Positions 1 to 9,321 of a stretch of DNA of 64,000 nt are shown here, piece by piece. Within the stretch, counting starts at the first letter, position 1. Every line of letters starts with the position of its first letter. A model generated the notes under the pieces. It saw only the letters and a program-made list of their open reading frames with translations, had not been told where the DNA came from and did not search any database. This stretch comes from Desulfatiglandales bacterium (GTDB lineage: Bacteria > Desulfobacterota > DSM-4660 > Desulfatiglandales > Desulfatiglandaceae): positions 128,001-192,000 of the forward strand of contig OY762721.1 of the NCBI GenBank assembly GCA_963666345.1, given 5' to 3'. Made by a program: the position numbers and the translations under genes.

Positions 1-2
1 TC

Positions 3-407
3 GGCGGAGGCAGCCTTGTTAAGGAAATCCTCCTTGGCCTGCCTGTCGGCAAATGGGGTATCCTTTCCATAATGATGGCTGCCTTCTTCTTTTTCGGTTT
101 GTTTATGGAATGGGTTGGAATCGTTCCCATACTGGTTCCTATTTTTACACCTGTCATTTCGGAACTCGGATTTGATCCGCTATGGGCCGCAATGCTTTTC
201 TGCGTAACAATGCAGACCTCATTCCTCACCCCTCCGATGGCTCCGGCCCTATTTTATCTCAAGGGCGTTGCTCCCAAAGGAGTGGATTTCGGAAGGCATA
301 TCGTGGGAGGTACTCTACCATACATAGGTCTGCAGCTACTGGGTGTTGCGCTGGTAGCGCTTTTTCCTCAATTAACGCTGTGGCTCCCGGGCCTCATGAT
401 AAGATAA
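3..407 (+). CDS. dctM: TRAP transporter large permease (DctM family), C-terminal part, truncated by window edge
   Basis: Frame is open from position 3; hydrophobic, with DctM-type 'GFDPLW...QTSFLTPPMAPALFYLKG' motif. Confidence 0.88.
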   Translation, partial: GGGSLVKEILLGLPVGKWGILSIMMAAFFFFGLFMEWVGIVPILVPIFTPVISELGFDPLWAAMLFCVTMQTSFLTPPMAPALFYLKGVAPKGVDFGRHIVGGTLPYIGLQLLGVALVALFPQLTLWLPGLMIR

Positions 408-630
408 CTTATTGCAACTGAGCGGTTGCCATCCCAGAGCTAAGGGTTATAGGATTGACTGCTAAGGAATTTTGAAACAAGGCCTGTGGTTATGAATCAT
501 AGGATACTGTTTAATGATATGATTGGATGAGAGTATGAAAAAAACACAACCATTGATTATATCGGGAGGCCTTGATTGTCTGCCCTTTTACAGGGAAAAC
601 AAAAACACAAAACCGATAAGCGGGGGAAAA

Positions 631-1299
631 ATGAAAAAGATCCTTGTTCTTGCTGTTTTTATTTTCTTTTCTTTTTCCGTTTCAGCATCGTTCGCCCAGA
701 GGGCCTTTGTAACCGATTCCTTCAAGATAACCCTACGAAAAGGGCCTGGAAACGACAATAAGATCATTGCATTGCTGCCTTCAGGGCAACAGATTGATAT
801 AATTGAAAAAAAAGGTGACTGGACCCATGTGAGGCTTCCCGGACCGGATGGAAAGGAGGGTTGGGTCGTAAGCGGATATGTAATAGATCGGCTGCCGTGG
901 GAAAAAAAGTCCAAGGAGCTTGAGAAAGAGAATGAAAAGTTAAAGAAAAAATTAAACAATATAGAGCAACAGTGGGAAAATTCGTCTGAAAAAGAAAAAA
1001 GGCTGAGCCAGGAATTAATCGCCAACAGGGGGGCACTTGAAAAGATAAAAGATAATTACAGGAAACTGAAAAACGATTCATCGGAATTTCTAAAACTAAA
1101 GGCGGAACACGAAAAGAGCCTGAAGATTCTAAGTGAAACCGAAAACAGACTTGACGCCCTTTTAAAGGAAACGGAAGGCCTTAGATCTTCCCAGAAAAAC
1201 AGATGGTTTGCCACCGGCGCACTTGTTCTGCTTTGCGGGCTTCTTATAGGAGCCCTTGTGGGTCGTCAGCAAAAAAAGAGAAAATCAACCTATTACTGA
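631..1299 (+). CDS. SH3-domain protein with signal peptide, coiled coil and C-terminal TM anchor (YgiM/TIGR04211-like)
   Basis: ATG 631 after GGGGG RBS; signal peptide MKKILVLAVF...SFA; 'ITLRKGPG...WTHVR...EGWV' SH3b motif; TM followed by basic tail. Confidence 0.85.
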   Translation: MKKILVLAVFIFFSFSVSASFAQRAFVTDSFKITLRKGPGNDNKIIALLPSGQQIDIIEKKGDWTHVRLPGPDGKEGWVVSGYVIDRLPWEKKSKELEKENEKLKKKLNNIEQQWENSSEKEKRLSQELIANRGALEKIKDNYRKLKNDSSEFLKLKAEHEKSLKILSETENRLDALLKETEGLRSSQKNRWFATGALVLLCGLLIGALVGRQQKKRKSTYY

Positions 1300-1452
1300 T
1301 GAATGAGGAGATCGGGTAATAATTTAAGGCCCAAGGCCATGGACTGCGAGACCTTTTGACAGACATCCCGTTGGTCTTTTTACTTACGTTCATATCCTGC
1401 CTAATCATACACCCCCATTATATCTTGAGTATCAAAATGGTTTTGATTTATA

Positions 1453-2631
1453 GTGCAGCGCAAATGCAGGAGGATTGTAGATTTGCATCTTGAAACTACC
1501 ATGAAACAGTCCGTGGTTCGGAGGACCGCCAGGAAATTTGCTGAATCAAGGCTCGCAAATGCAGCCATAGAGATGGACAATACAGGTGTCTTTCCCCTGA
1601 ATCTGGCCCATGAGATGGGCCGACTCAAATACTTCGGCCTGGAGATACCGCATGAGTTTGGTGGGGCCGGACTCGACACCCTGAGCAGCGCAATAGTTAT
1701 AGAAGAGATTTCAAGGACAAACGCGGCGATGGGCCTCTGCGTTGCGGTTCATAACGGTGTGGCGGCAACCCCCGTTCACATTTACGGAAACGAAGACCAG
1801 AAGAGGTCATTTTTGCCGGCACTTGCAACCGGAAATAAGATCGGGACCTTCTGCCTTACCGAGCCTAATTCAGGCTCTGATGCATCATCTCTTGAGACAA
1901 GGGCATACAGGCGAGGAAACGGTTATGTGATAAACGGTAACAAGGTGTTCGTAACCAACGGAGGCATATCCGGGATAAATCTCATATTTGCCAGGCTTGA
2001 AATCGCGGGGAAAAGGGACAGCTTCTCTGTCTTTATCGTGGAATCCGATAGAAAGGGCGTTGAAAAGGGCCCGGTTGAGGAAATGATGGGAATGAGAGGG
2101 AATCCGGTATGCTCCATATCTCTTTATGATTGTTACATCCCGGAAGAAAATCTGCTTGGTGAAGAAGGTCAGGGTCTCAGGATTGCCCTTTCAACACTTA
2201 ACGGAGGCCGCATTGGAATAGCTGCTCAGGCCTTGGGCATAGGCCAGGGGGCTCTTGACATGTCTCTCAAATATGCCAAAGAAAGATATCAGTTCGGCAG
2301 ACCTTTATCAGATTTCGGGGCTGTAAAAGCTAAGCTTTCGGACATGGCTACCCGGCTTGAGGCATCAAGGCTTCTCACATACCGTGCCTGTGATCTCAGA
2401 GAAAAGGGACTTGATCACTCAAGACAGTCGGCTATGGCAAAACTCTATTCCAGTGAAAGCGCCGTGGAGGCCACTCGAACGGGGATTCAAATACATGGCG
2501 GCTATGGTTATACCAAGGCCTATCCGATCGAGCGATTGTACAGGGACGCGAAGGTTTGCGAGATATATGAAGGTACTTCAGAGGTCCAAAGGATGGTAAT
2601 CTCAAGGAGTGTCATAAAGGGTGAGAAATAA
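1453..2631 (+). CDS. Acyl-CoA dehydrogenase (butyryl-CoA dehydrogenase-like)
   Basis: Motifs FCLTEPNSGSD, NGNKVFVTNG, QIHGGYGY, IYEGTSEVQR; true start may be TTG 1483 after AGGAGG. Confidence 0.93.
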   Translation: MQRKCRRIVDLHLETTMKQSVVRRTARKFAESRLANAAIEMDNTGVFPLNLAHEMGRLKYFGLEIPHEFGGAGLDTLSSAIVIEEISRTNAAMGLCVAVHNGVAATPVHIYGNEDQKRSFLPALATGNKIGTFCLTEPNSGSDASSLETRAYRRGNGYVINGNKVFVTNGGISGINLIFARLEIAGKRDSFSVFIVESDRKGVEKGPVEEMMGMRGNPVCSISLYDCYIPEENLLGEEGQGLRIALSTLNGGRIGIAAQALGIGQGALDMSLKYAKERYQFGRPLSDFGAVKAKLSDMATRLEASRLLTYRACDLREKGLDHSRQSAMAKLYSSESAVEATRTGIQIHGGYGYTKAYPIERLYRDAKVCEIYEGTSEVQRMVISRSVIKGEK

Positions 2632-2646
2632 AGACAGAGACCTATA

Positions 2647-3456
2647 ATGAATATAGTGGTTTTTATAAAACAGGTGCCTGATGTACCTGCCATCAAAATC
2701 GATCATCAACGTATGACTATCATAAGAGAGGGAGTGGACAGTATCATAAATCCGCTCGACTATGTTGCCCTTCTGTGCGCAAAAGAACTTAAGCAGAGGG
2801 AAGGGGGGCATATGACGGTCGTAACAATGGGGCCTCCACAGAGTGAAGAGGCCCTCCGGGAATCCTTGGCCGCCGGGGCCGATCGCGCTATCCTGCTTAC
2901 AGACTCATACTTTGCAGGGGCGGACACGCTGGCAACTTCTCATGTGCTTGCAAGTGCTGTCAGACGCATGGAACAGTTCCCGGATCTGATATTGTGCGGC
3001 ATGCAGACTGTTGACAGTGATACCGGTCATGTTGGCCCTCAAATCGCTGAAGAACTTGATTTGCCTCAGGTCTGCGGCGTAACCGAAATCCTGAGTGAAG
3101 GCGAACACCTGCTGGTAAAACGTCTCGGTGACGGGTTCCTGGATACCGTTAAGGTTTCCATTCCCGCTCTTCTTACAATTAACAGCGGTTTTCAAGAAAC
3201 CGAGCATCTCTCCCTGGGAGAAGTTGACAAGGCCTTTTCAGAAAAACAGATCGTCTGCTGGTCAAGACAAGACCTTGGTCTGTCCAGAGACGACGTAGGC
3301 TTTAAAGGCTCCGCAACACAGGTCTGGAGACTGCAAAAACCTCCTGCGAGCAAAAAGGCAGAGATAATAACCGGAAGCCCTCAGATCCTTACCGATGCTT
3401 TTGTAAAGAAGCTGGAGGAGTTAAGCCTTGTTGATGAGGAGGACACCGGTGAATAA
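2647..3456 (+). CDS. etfB: Electron transfer flavoprotein beta subunit
   Basis: KQVPD, INPLD, MGPPQ, GADTLAT, DSDTGHVGP motifs. Confidence 0.93.
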   Translation: MNIVVFIKQVPDVPAIKIDHQRMTIIREGVDSIINPLDYVALLCAKELKQREGGHMTVVTMGPPQSEEALRESLAAGADRAILLTDSYFAGADTLATSHVLASAVRRMEQFPDLILCGMQTVDSDTGHVGPQIAEELDLPQVCGVTEILSEGEHLLVKRLGDGFLDTVKVSIPALLTINSGFQETEHLSLGEVDKAFSEKQIVCWSRQDLGLSRDDVGFKGSATQVWRLQKPPASKKAEIITGSPQILTDAFVKKLEELSLVDEEDTGE

Positions 3457-4444
3457 TAATGCAGGCAAGGTCTGGGTTTTTGGGGACTACAGAAACTATT
3501 TCCAAAATCGGGTGACGCTTCAACTCATAGCAAAGGGGAAAGAACTTGCTGAAACCATCGGAACCGAGCTCTCGGTGGTTTTATTGGGTGAGTCACCTAA
3601 CCAGTATGCGATGGAATATGTGGCACATGGGGCTGACATCATTATTATGGGCGAAAGCCGGGATCTAAAAGAATATCATGTGGAAACCTTTACAGAGGTT
3701 GTGAGCGCTTGGGTAAGGTCATATAAGCCGGATATATTTATTGCCGGCGCCACCTCATTTGGAAGGGAATTCTTCCCCCGCCTTGCCAAGAGACTCAAAA
3801 CAGGTCTCAGCGCTGACTGTGTCTGCCTTGACATCGACCCTGATACAGGCCTGCTGATCCAGACCACTCCGGCTTGGGGCGGGGAGCTTCTGGCAGAAGT
3901 GGTAACGCCGTTTTCAAGACCTCAGATGGCAACCGTTCACCCCGGGATATTCAAAGAGAGGTGCCATGATAAAAGTCGTATCGGAAGGATAATATATCCT
4001 GATATAGGCCACATACCACAGCCGAGAGAAAGGGTCTTAAGGAGCAAACGGTATCAAACCAGAGACATCGACCTTGAAAATGCGAGGGTTGTCGTGGCAG
4101 GGGGAAGGGGTATATGTTCAAAGGAAAATCTTGATCATCTTTTTGAGCTTGCCGGACTTCTTGAAGGGGAGGTGGGTGTTACCAGGCCGGTAGTGCTGGC
4201 AGGGTGGGCAGATGAGGAAAGACTTCTCGGCCAGACAGGAAAAAGCGTCAAGCCGAAGCTTTTCATATCGTGCGGGACATCCGGTGCGCTGCAATTCACG
4301 ACAGGCATAAGGGGATCCGAGACACTTATCGCCATTAACCGGGATCCCAACGCGCCCATTTTTAAGATTGCAGATCTCGGCCTGGTGGGAGACGCCACAG
4401 TCCTTCTGCCATTTATTCTGGAGAAACTGAAAAAACGTCTTTAA
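3449..4444 (+). CDS. etfA: Electron transfer flavoprotein alpha subunit
   Basis: GTG 3449 after GAGGAGG; TGLSADC, RPQMATV, VAGGRG, GQTGKSVKP, SGALQF, AINRDPNAPIF. Confidence 0.93.
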   Translation: MNNNAGKVWVFGDYRNYFQNRVTLQLIAKGKELAETIGTELSVVLLGESPNQYAMEYVAHGADIIIMGESRDLKEYHVETFTEVVSAWVRSYKPDIFIAGATSFGREFFPRLAKRLKTGLSADCVCLDIDPDTGLLIQTTPAWGGELLAEVVTPFSRPQMATVHPGIFKERCHDKSRIGRIIYPDIGHIPQPRERVLRSKRYQTRDIDLENARVVVAGGRGICSKENLDHLFELAGLLEGEVGVTRPVVLAGWADEERLLGQTGKSVKPKLFISCGTSGALQFTTGIRGSETLIAINRDPNAPIFKIADLGLVGDATVLLPFILEKLKKRL

Positions 4445-4456
4445 AGGAATGATTTA

Positions 4457-4915
4457 ATGTTGAACGTAAAAGAAAGCAGGGTAAGCGCCTATCACAATTA
4501 TCTGATAAATGGAATGCTTTCACCCTGTATGCTGATCGGTGAGCAGAACGGGGGTAACGGTTTTTATCTGCTTTTTGATTTTGTATCCCCCGGTGGCAGG
4601 ATGCCCCTTGTAAATGGCACGATTTACGGCCCGCAAAAAGATGTCCTTGCAAGGATCAAAGAAAATGAATTGATTGAAAATCCCGGAGCGTGCTCGTTCC
4701 ATTTCATTCAAGGCGACTTTGCCCTTTCAGCCCCTGACAACAAGGCTATCCTGGTGGCGAAAACCCATGAATTTACAAACGGGTATATGACCACAATCAA
4801 CGCAAGGCTTTATGATGAAAAAGGGATTCTCAGGGTAGAGCCCCTGGGTAACAGTATTCAGGTCCATGGCGAAGCAAATACCGCCCTTACCAGATCGATT
4901 CCCCTACACACATAG
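4457..4915 (+). CDS. Hypothetical protein (152 aa, probably beta-rich)
   Basis: Tightly packed between etfA and cinA, AAGGA RBS; no recognised motif. Confidence 0.75.
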   Translation: MLNVKESRVSAYHNYLINGMLSPCMLIGEQNGGNGFYLLFDFVSPGGRMPLVNGTIYGPQKDVLARIKENELIENPGACSFHFIQGDFALSAPDNKAILVAKTHEFTNGYMTTINARLYDEKGILRVEPLGNSIQVHGEANTALTRSIPLHT

Positions 4916-4929
4916 AAAGAATAATTTCC

Positions 4930-6207
4930 ATGGACAAAGACGATAAAACGAGTAGGGCGCATACGGCCGAGTTGACTCTTCCCACCTGTGAACTTGTGGC
5001 CATCGGAAGCGAAATACTTCTCGGGCAGATAAACGATACCAACACGGCCTATCTGGCAAAAGAACTGTCTCAGATTGGAATTACGGTAGAATATCGAACC
5101 GTGGTGGGGGATAGACTCGAACAGATAAGAGACGTGATCAAGGCAGCGGTTGACAGATGTGATCTGGTAATAACTACCGGAGGACTGGGACCGACCCTTG
5201 ACGATATAACCAGGGATGCGGTTGCAGCGGCAGGGGAAGTGCAGCTGGAATTCCGCGAAGAACTCATGGCGCAGATAAAAGAGATATTCTTAAGATATGG
5301 ATTTAAGATGTCGGAAAACAACCGACGCCAGGCCTTTGTTCCAAAGGGCAGTTATTCCGTTTCCAACCGGGCAGGAACCGCACCTGCCTTTATAACGGAG
5401 ATGCATGGCAAACCGGTAATATCGATTCCGGGGGTACCAAGGGAAATGAAGGTGTTGATGAAAGAAAAGATTATCCCATGGTTGAAGAAACGCTACCATC
5501 TCACCTCTCAGGCATTAACATATCAGATTCTCAAGGTTATAGGCATTGGGGAAAGCGTGGTTGACACTATTATAGGAGATCTCATAGTGCCAGGAAGCAA
5601 TCCCGAGGTAGGCCTGATGGCTTCACCGGGGGAGATTACCGTTCGTATCGCTGCAAAGGCCGAAGACCGGCAAAGTGCGGAAAAGGTTATAGGGCCGGTC
5701 CGGGAAGAGATGGTCCGGCGCCTGGGAAACAGCATATATACATATGATAACCGAACGATCCAGGAGGTGGTTGAATCACTTTTAGTCAAAGCGAACCTAC
5801 AAGTTGCATTGCTGGAGACATTTACAGGCGGTTTGATTGCAAGCGCGATGAGTTCGATACCCTCTCAAATGACAAGACGATGCATCATTTTTAACCGAAG
5901 AGACATGCTCGATCAAGATGAGGATGAAAATGTCTCTGGCGTTGATACCGAAAAGGCCCTTTATATGGCCTCCAAAATTTCAAAAGACTATTCTGCTGAT
6001 ATGGGTCTGGCGGTTCTGGGTTTTCCTAAAGAGGTGAAGGACCACATGGAGTTGGAGGGTTTTTCCGCCGCTGTCTTAGGGGACAGTTTTAAATGCCTTT
6101 CATGGAAGTCGGGAGGCGACCTTAAAAGGATTCAGAGACTTGGCACCCTCACAGGCCTTAACACACTGAGGCTTCTTCTGCTGGAGAAAGCCTGTTCCAA
6201 AGACTGA
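4930..6207 (+). CDS. cinA: CinA-family protein (MoCF-like/pyrophosphatase N-domain plus degenerate PncC C-domain)
   Basis: GSEILLGQINDTN, TGGLGPTLDDIT, GTAP, PGVPREM motifs. Confidence 0.88.
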   Translation: MDKDDKTSRAHTAELTLPTCELVAIGSEILLGQINDTNTAYLAKELSQIGITVEYRTVVGDRLEQIRDVIKAAVDRCDLVITTGGLGPTLDDITRDAVAAAGEVQLEFREELMAQIKEIFLRYGFKMSENNRRQAFVPKGSYSVSNRAGTAPAFITEMHGKPVISIPGVPREMKVLMKEKIIPWLKKRYHLTSQALTYQILKVIGIGESVVDTIIGDLIVPGSNPEVGLMASPGEITVRIAAKAEDRQSAEKVIGPVREEMVRRLGNSIYTYDNRTIQEVVESLLVKANLQVALLETFTGGLIASAMSSIPSQMTRRCIIFNRRDMLDQDEDENVSGVDTEKALYMASKISKDYSADMGLAVLGFPKEVKDHMELEGFSAAVLGDSFKCLSWKSGGDLKRIQRLGTLTGLNTLRLLLLEKACSKD

Positions 6208-6234
6208 ACGAGCTTTTACAGGGGGAGCTTGCCT

Positions 6235-7770
6235 TTAAAAGAATATTAATGTGTCTATGATGAAGACAGGGACCAGGAAGATCAAAGAATACTTTATCAT
6301 ATAACCGAAGAAGCTTGGCATCGGGGTGCCGGACTCTTCAGCAATCGAACGTACCATAAAATTGGGTGCGTTTCCTATATATGTAACGGCACCGAAGAAG
6401 ACCGCGCCTGCAGAGATCGCCTTCAGAAAAATGGCGTTTTCACTCATCAGTAAAGGGACCGAATGGGTTTCAGCAATCCCCGGATAAAAACTGCCCAGGG
6501 CGGTATTGAAAAAAGTAAGATATGTGGGGGCATTATCAAGAAAGCTTGAAAGCCCGCCCGTGATCCAGAAATAATGGATAGGCTCCTTGACCGTGGCAAT
6601 AAGGAAGGCCATTTCACCCTTTAAGCCGGCCTTGAGTATCAAAAGACAGGGTGTCATGGTTATAAAAATACCTATGAACAGGTAGGCAACCTCCTGAATC
6701 GGAAACCATGTAAACTCGTTGTCTTCGCGTATCTTCCTTTTTGTTGTGTACAAAGACAGAAGACCCATAATTATGAGAAGACCGTTACGGGCCCAGTCCT
6801 GAACAGGGATATTTATCCCCAGGGTGTTGACCGTTCCCCAATCCACCGTCCCACTCAGCAATACGGAACCGATTATTCCTGCGAGAAATAGAAAGTTTAA
6901 GGTTCCCTGGAGCCTGAGCGGTTCCTTCACTCCGTCTACATCTACCGCTGAAACACCCTCTTTCTTGAAATTATATAGATCCAGCGCAAAATATATCGCG
7001 AGAAGCAGAAAAACGGTCAACAACATGTGAGGCATTATATTGAAGGTCCAGAAAAAGGACACCCCGTGAAGAAAACCCAGAAACAGAGGGGGATCTCCAA
7101 GAGGGGTAAGGGAACCGCCTATATTTGCTACAAGAAAGATAAAAAAGACTATCATGAAGGTTTTGTTCTTTCTGTAATCATTGGCCCTCATGAAAGGCCT
7201 TATAAGAAGCATTGCCGCGCCAGTTGTGCCCATCCATGAAGCGAGCACTGTGCCTATAATAAGAATGATGGTATTAACTATCGGCGTGCCCCTGAGGCTT
7301 CCTTTTAAAAGGATGCCCCCGGAAACGGTGAAAAGTGCCCAAAGCAGGATTATAAAAGGCACATAGTCTACAAGTATTATATGCAGGATTTCGTGAAGAG
7401 CAGGATACCTGTATGCCATAAGAAACGGGACTGCAAGAACGGCCGCCCAAAGGGCGGATACCTTACCGAAATTATGATGCCAGAATTCGGGTGCGAAAAG
7501 CGGAAAAAGTGCTATGGATAAAAGCATGCATGCAAAGGGAATGCAGCTCCACAGCGGCAGAATCTCTCCCAGATTAATATGCGGTTTACCATGGGCGCTG
7601 TCATCAGGGCTTCCCTGGTGAGATTCGTTGTGGGAGTCGCCTGTTATTTCTGTTTGTTCGGCGCCAGCCGGATGATTCGCAGACAAGGCGACGGGAGGAG
7701 AGAATGAAAGGATCAGGGTCACGATTAGAAGAGAGAAAAATGCGTACATCCTCCATAATTTCATTCTCAC
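6235..7770 (-). CDS. Ion-transporter (IT) superfamily membrane protein, putative Na+/H+ antiporter or citrate transporter
   Basis: Many TM segments; ANIGGSLTPLGDPPLFLG, SSFLDNAPTY, TYIGNAPNFMV motifs; GTG after AGGAGG; His-rich N-terminal loop. Confidence 0.85.
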   Translation of the reverse strand: MRMKLWRMYAFFSLLIVTLILSFSPPVALSANHPAGAEQTEITGDSHNESHQGSPDDSAHGKPHINLGEILPLWSCIPFACMLLSIALFPLFAPEFWHHNFGKVSALWAAVLAVPFLMAYRYPALHEILHIILVDYVPFIILLWALFTVSGGILLKGSLRGTPIVNTIILIIGTVLASWMGTTGAAMLLIRPFMRANDYRKNKTFMIVFFIFLVANIGGSLTPLGDPPLFLGFLHGVSFFWTFNIMPHMLLTVFLLLAIYFALDLYNFKKEGVSAVDVDGVKEPLRLQGTLNFLFLAGIIGSVLLSGTVDWGTVNTLGINIPVQDWARNGLLIIMGLLSLYTTKRKIREDNEFTWFPIQEVAYLFIGIFITMTPCLLILKAGLKGEMAFLIATVKEPIHYFWITGGLSSFLDNAPTYLTFFNTALGSFYPGIAETHSVPLLMSENAIFLKAISAGAVFFGAVTYIGNAPNFMVRSIAEESGTPMPSFFGYMIKYSLIFLVPVFIIDTLIFF

Positions 7771-7901
7771 TTACCTCCTAAGTAGCTGACAACTCAGATC
7801 AAATTCAACAAAGGATCAGCAAAACCGGAATTGCTGAGGATCAGCTGTCAAATTTACCGGTCGAAGATGTTAATGTTAGTCACAGCGGTTGAGATGGAAC
7901 T

Positions 7902-8816
7902 CTAAAGCTTTAAAAGGGCTTCAAGAAACCCCATGTTTTCGCCTTTTCTTTTAACCGCAAGAAGCGGTATCGAACACTCCTTTATAAGATGCTCGGTAAC
8001 ACTGCCCAACAATACCCCTGCAGCAGCCTTTCTTCCTCTTGAACCTATTACGATAAGGTCAAAATCATCATGATCCAGTATCTCTTCTTCAATACCCTTG
8101 TGCTTCTTACCCTGAAGCCTGAAAAGAGGGATGGGCTTGATGCCTTTCATATCCAGAGATTTTACAAATTGCGCAAACGCATTCTCGGCGTGACCTTTCA
8201 TGATTTCGGCAAATTCTTCATATGATTTTCCCGTCTTATAATAGCCAAGCGGTACATCATAGATATGCAGGCAGTTTATTTCCTTGGTGTCTGAGGCAAG
8301 GGCGAATGCAATGGATACCTCCATGGCATCGCTTGCGTGTTCGGAAAAATCAATCGGCACAAGAATATGTTTGAAATCGGGGTCTATCGCTTCGGGAACC
8401 AGAAGCACGGAACAAGGTGCCTTTCTTGCAAGTTTAGTAAAAAACGACCCTTCACTGCTTTCCCCTGTCCTATGCATAAGTATCAGATCGGTCTCGTCTT
8501 CTTTGGCTCGGCGTAACAGATCTATAAGGGGATGGCCCTCAATCGCATCGAACTCCAGTCTTATGGAGGAGTTGCGCCGGAAGTTTTTTTCTACCAGTTC
8601 CTCAAGCTCGAGTCTTACTGAAAAATCGCATGTCGGGGCCAGTTCAGGATAGTCCCTGAGCAGATCATCAGGAATCTCTTCGCATTTGCTGTCAAGGTAT
8701 AGAAATACGATCTTTTCCGTATCAGCAAGGCGGCTTATCTTTTCCGCGAACCTAATTACAGTTGATTTTTTAGTACCGTAAGGAATTCCCACCAGCAAAC
8801 GCTTATAACGATACAT
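7902..8816 (-). CDS. Universal stress protein with tandem Usp domains
   Basis: ARKAPCSVLLV; ILVPIDFS; DLIVIGSRG...LLGSVTEHLI. Confidence 0.9.
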   Translation of the reverse strand: MYRYKRLLVGIPYGTKKSTVIRFAEKISRLADTEKIVFLYLDSKCEEIPDDLLRDYPELAPTCDFSVRLELEELVEKNFRRNSSIRLEFDAIEGHPLIDLLRRAKEDETDLILMHRTGESSEGSFFTKLARKAPCSVLLVPEAIDPDFKHILVPIDFSEHASDAMEVSIAFALASDTKEINCLHIYDVPLGYYKTGKSYEEFAEIMKGHAENAFAQFVKSLDMKGIKPIPLFRLQGKKHKGIEEEILDHDDFDLIVIGSRGRKAAAGVLLGSVTEHLIKECSIPLLAVKRKGENMGFLEALLKL

Positions 8817-8881
8817 AAACTGCTCCTTTCCACATCTTTATCTGAAACCGGTATTATATGAGTGAAAAAAGGCTTCTAAAG

Positions 8882-8931
8882 TGAATTTTCATTCATTTTA
8901 GAAACATAGGCCAGCCCCTTTATTGTGTCAA
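8882..8931 (-). promoter_or_regulatory. Putative sigma70 promoter (TTGACA-N17-TATGTT) with a palindromic operator TGAAT-N4-ATTCA just downstream
   Basis: -35 at 8931-8926, -10 at 8908-8903, perfect 5-4-5 inverted repeat at 8882-8895, upstream of the Usp gene. Confidence 0.45.
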
Positions 8932-8984
8932 GAAAGAAATAAAAAGCTCACTTGAACGCAGCATACAGCTGCGCACCTTCATGC

Positions 8985-9191
8985 TCATGAAAAGGGACTT
9001 GAGGTTGAACAAGAACCTCCGGAAACCCCCTTTGTCGTAGAACCGCTCGAAGTTGAAAAACAGGACAAAACCCGCTCAGAGTCCAACTCTCCGCATTCCG
9101 GACATTTGACACAATTTTCATCACTGCTTCTTATACAGAGAAATTCAAACGTCTTACCGCATTTTTTACATTTGTATTCATATATAGGCAT
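8985..9191 (-). CDS. FmdB-family zinc-ribbon protein; may extend to 8979 through UGA read as Sec
   Basis: MPIYEYKCKKCG...CPECG CxxC pairs; ends TGA GCA TGA followed by a hairpin. Confidence 0.9.
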   Translation of the reverse strand: MPIYEYKCKKCGKTFEFLCIRSSDENCVKCPECGELDSERVLSCFSTSSGSTTKGVSGGSCSTSSPFS

Positions 9192-9321
9192 TGTTTTCCC
9201 CCTAAGCCTCTCCCATATTTAATTTTGCGGGAATAAATTTAATATGTAAATCTGTACAGTTTTCTGAAAAGGATAATACATGTATAAAGATAATCAAACA
9301 AGGGGTCAAACAAATTCCAGG

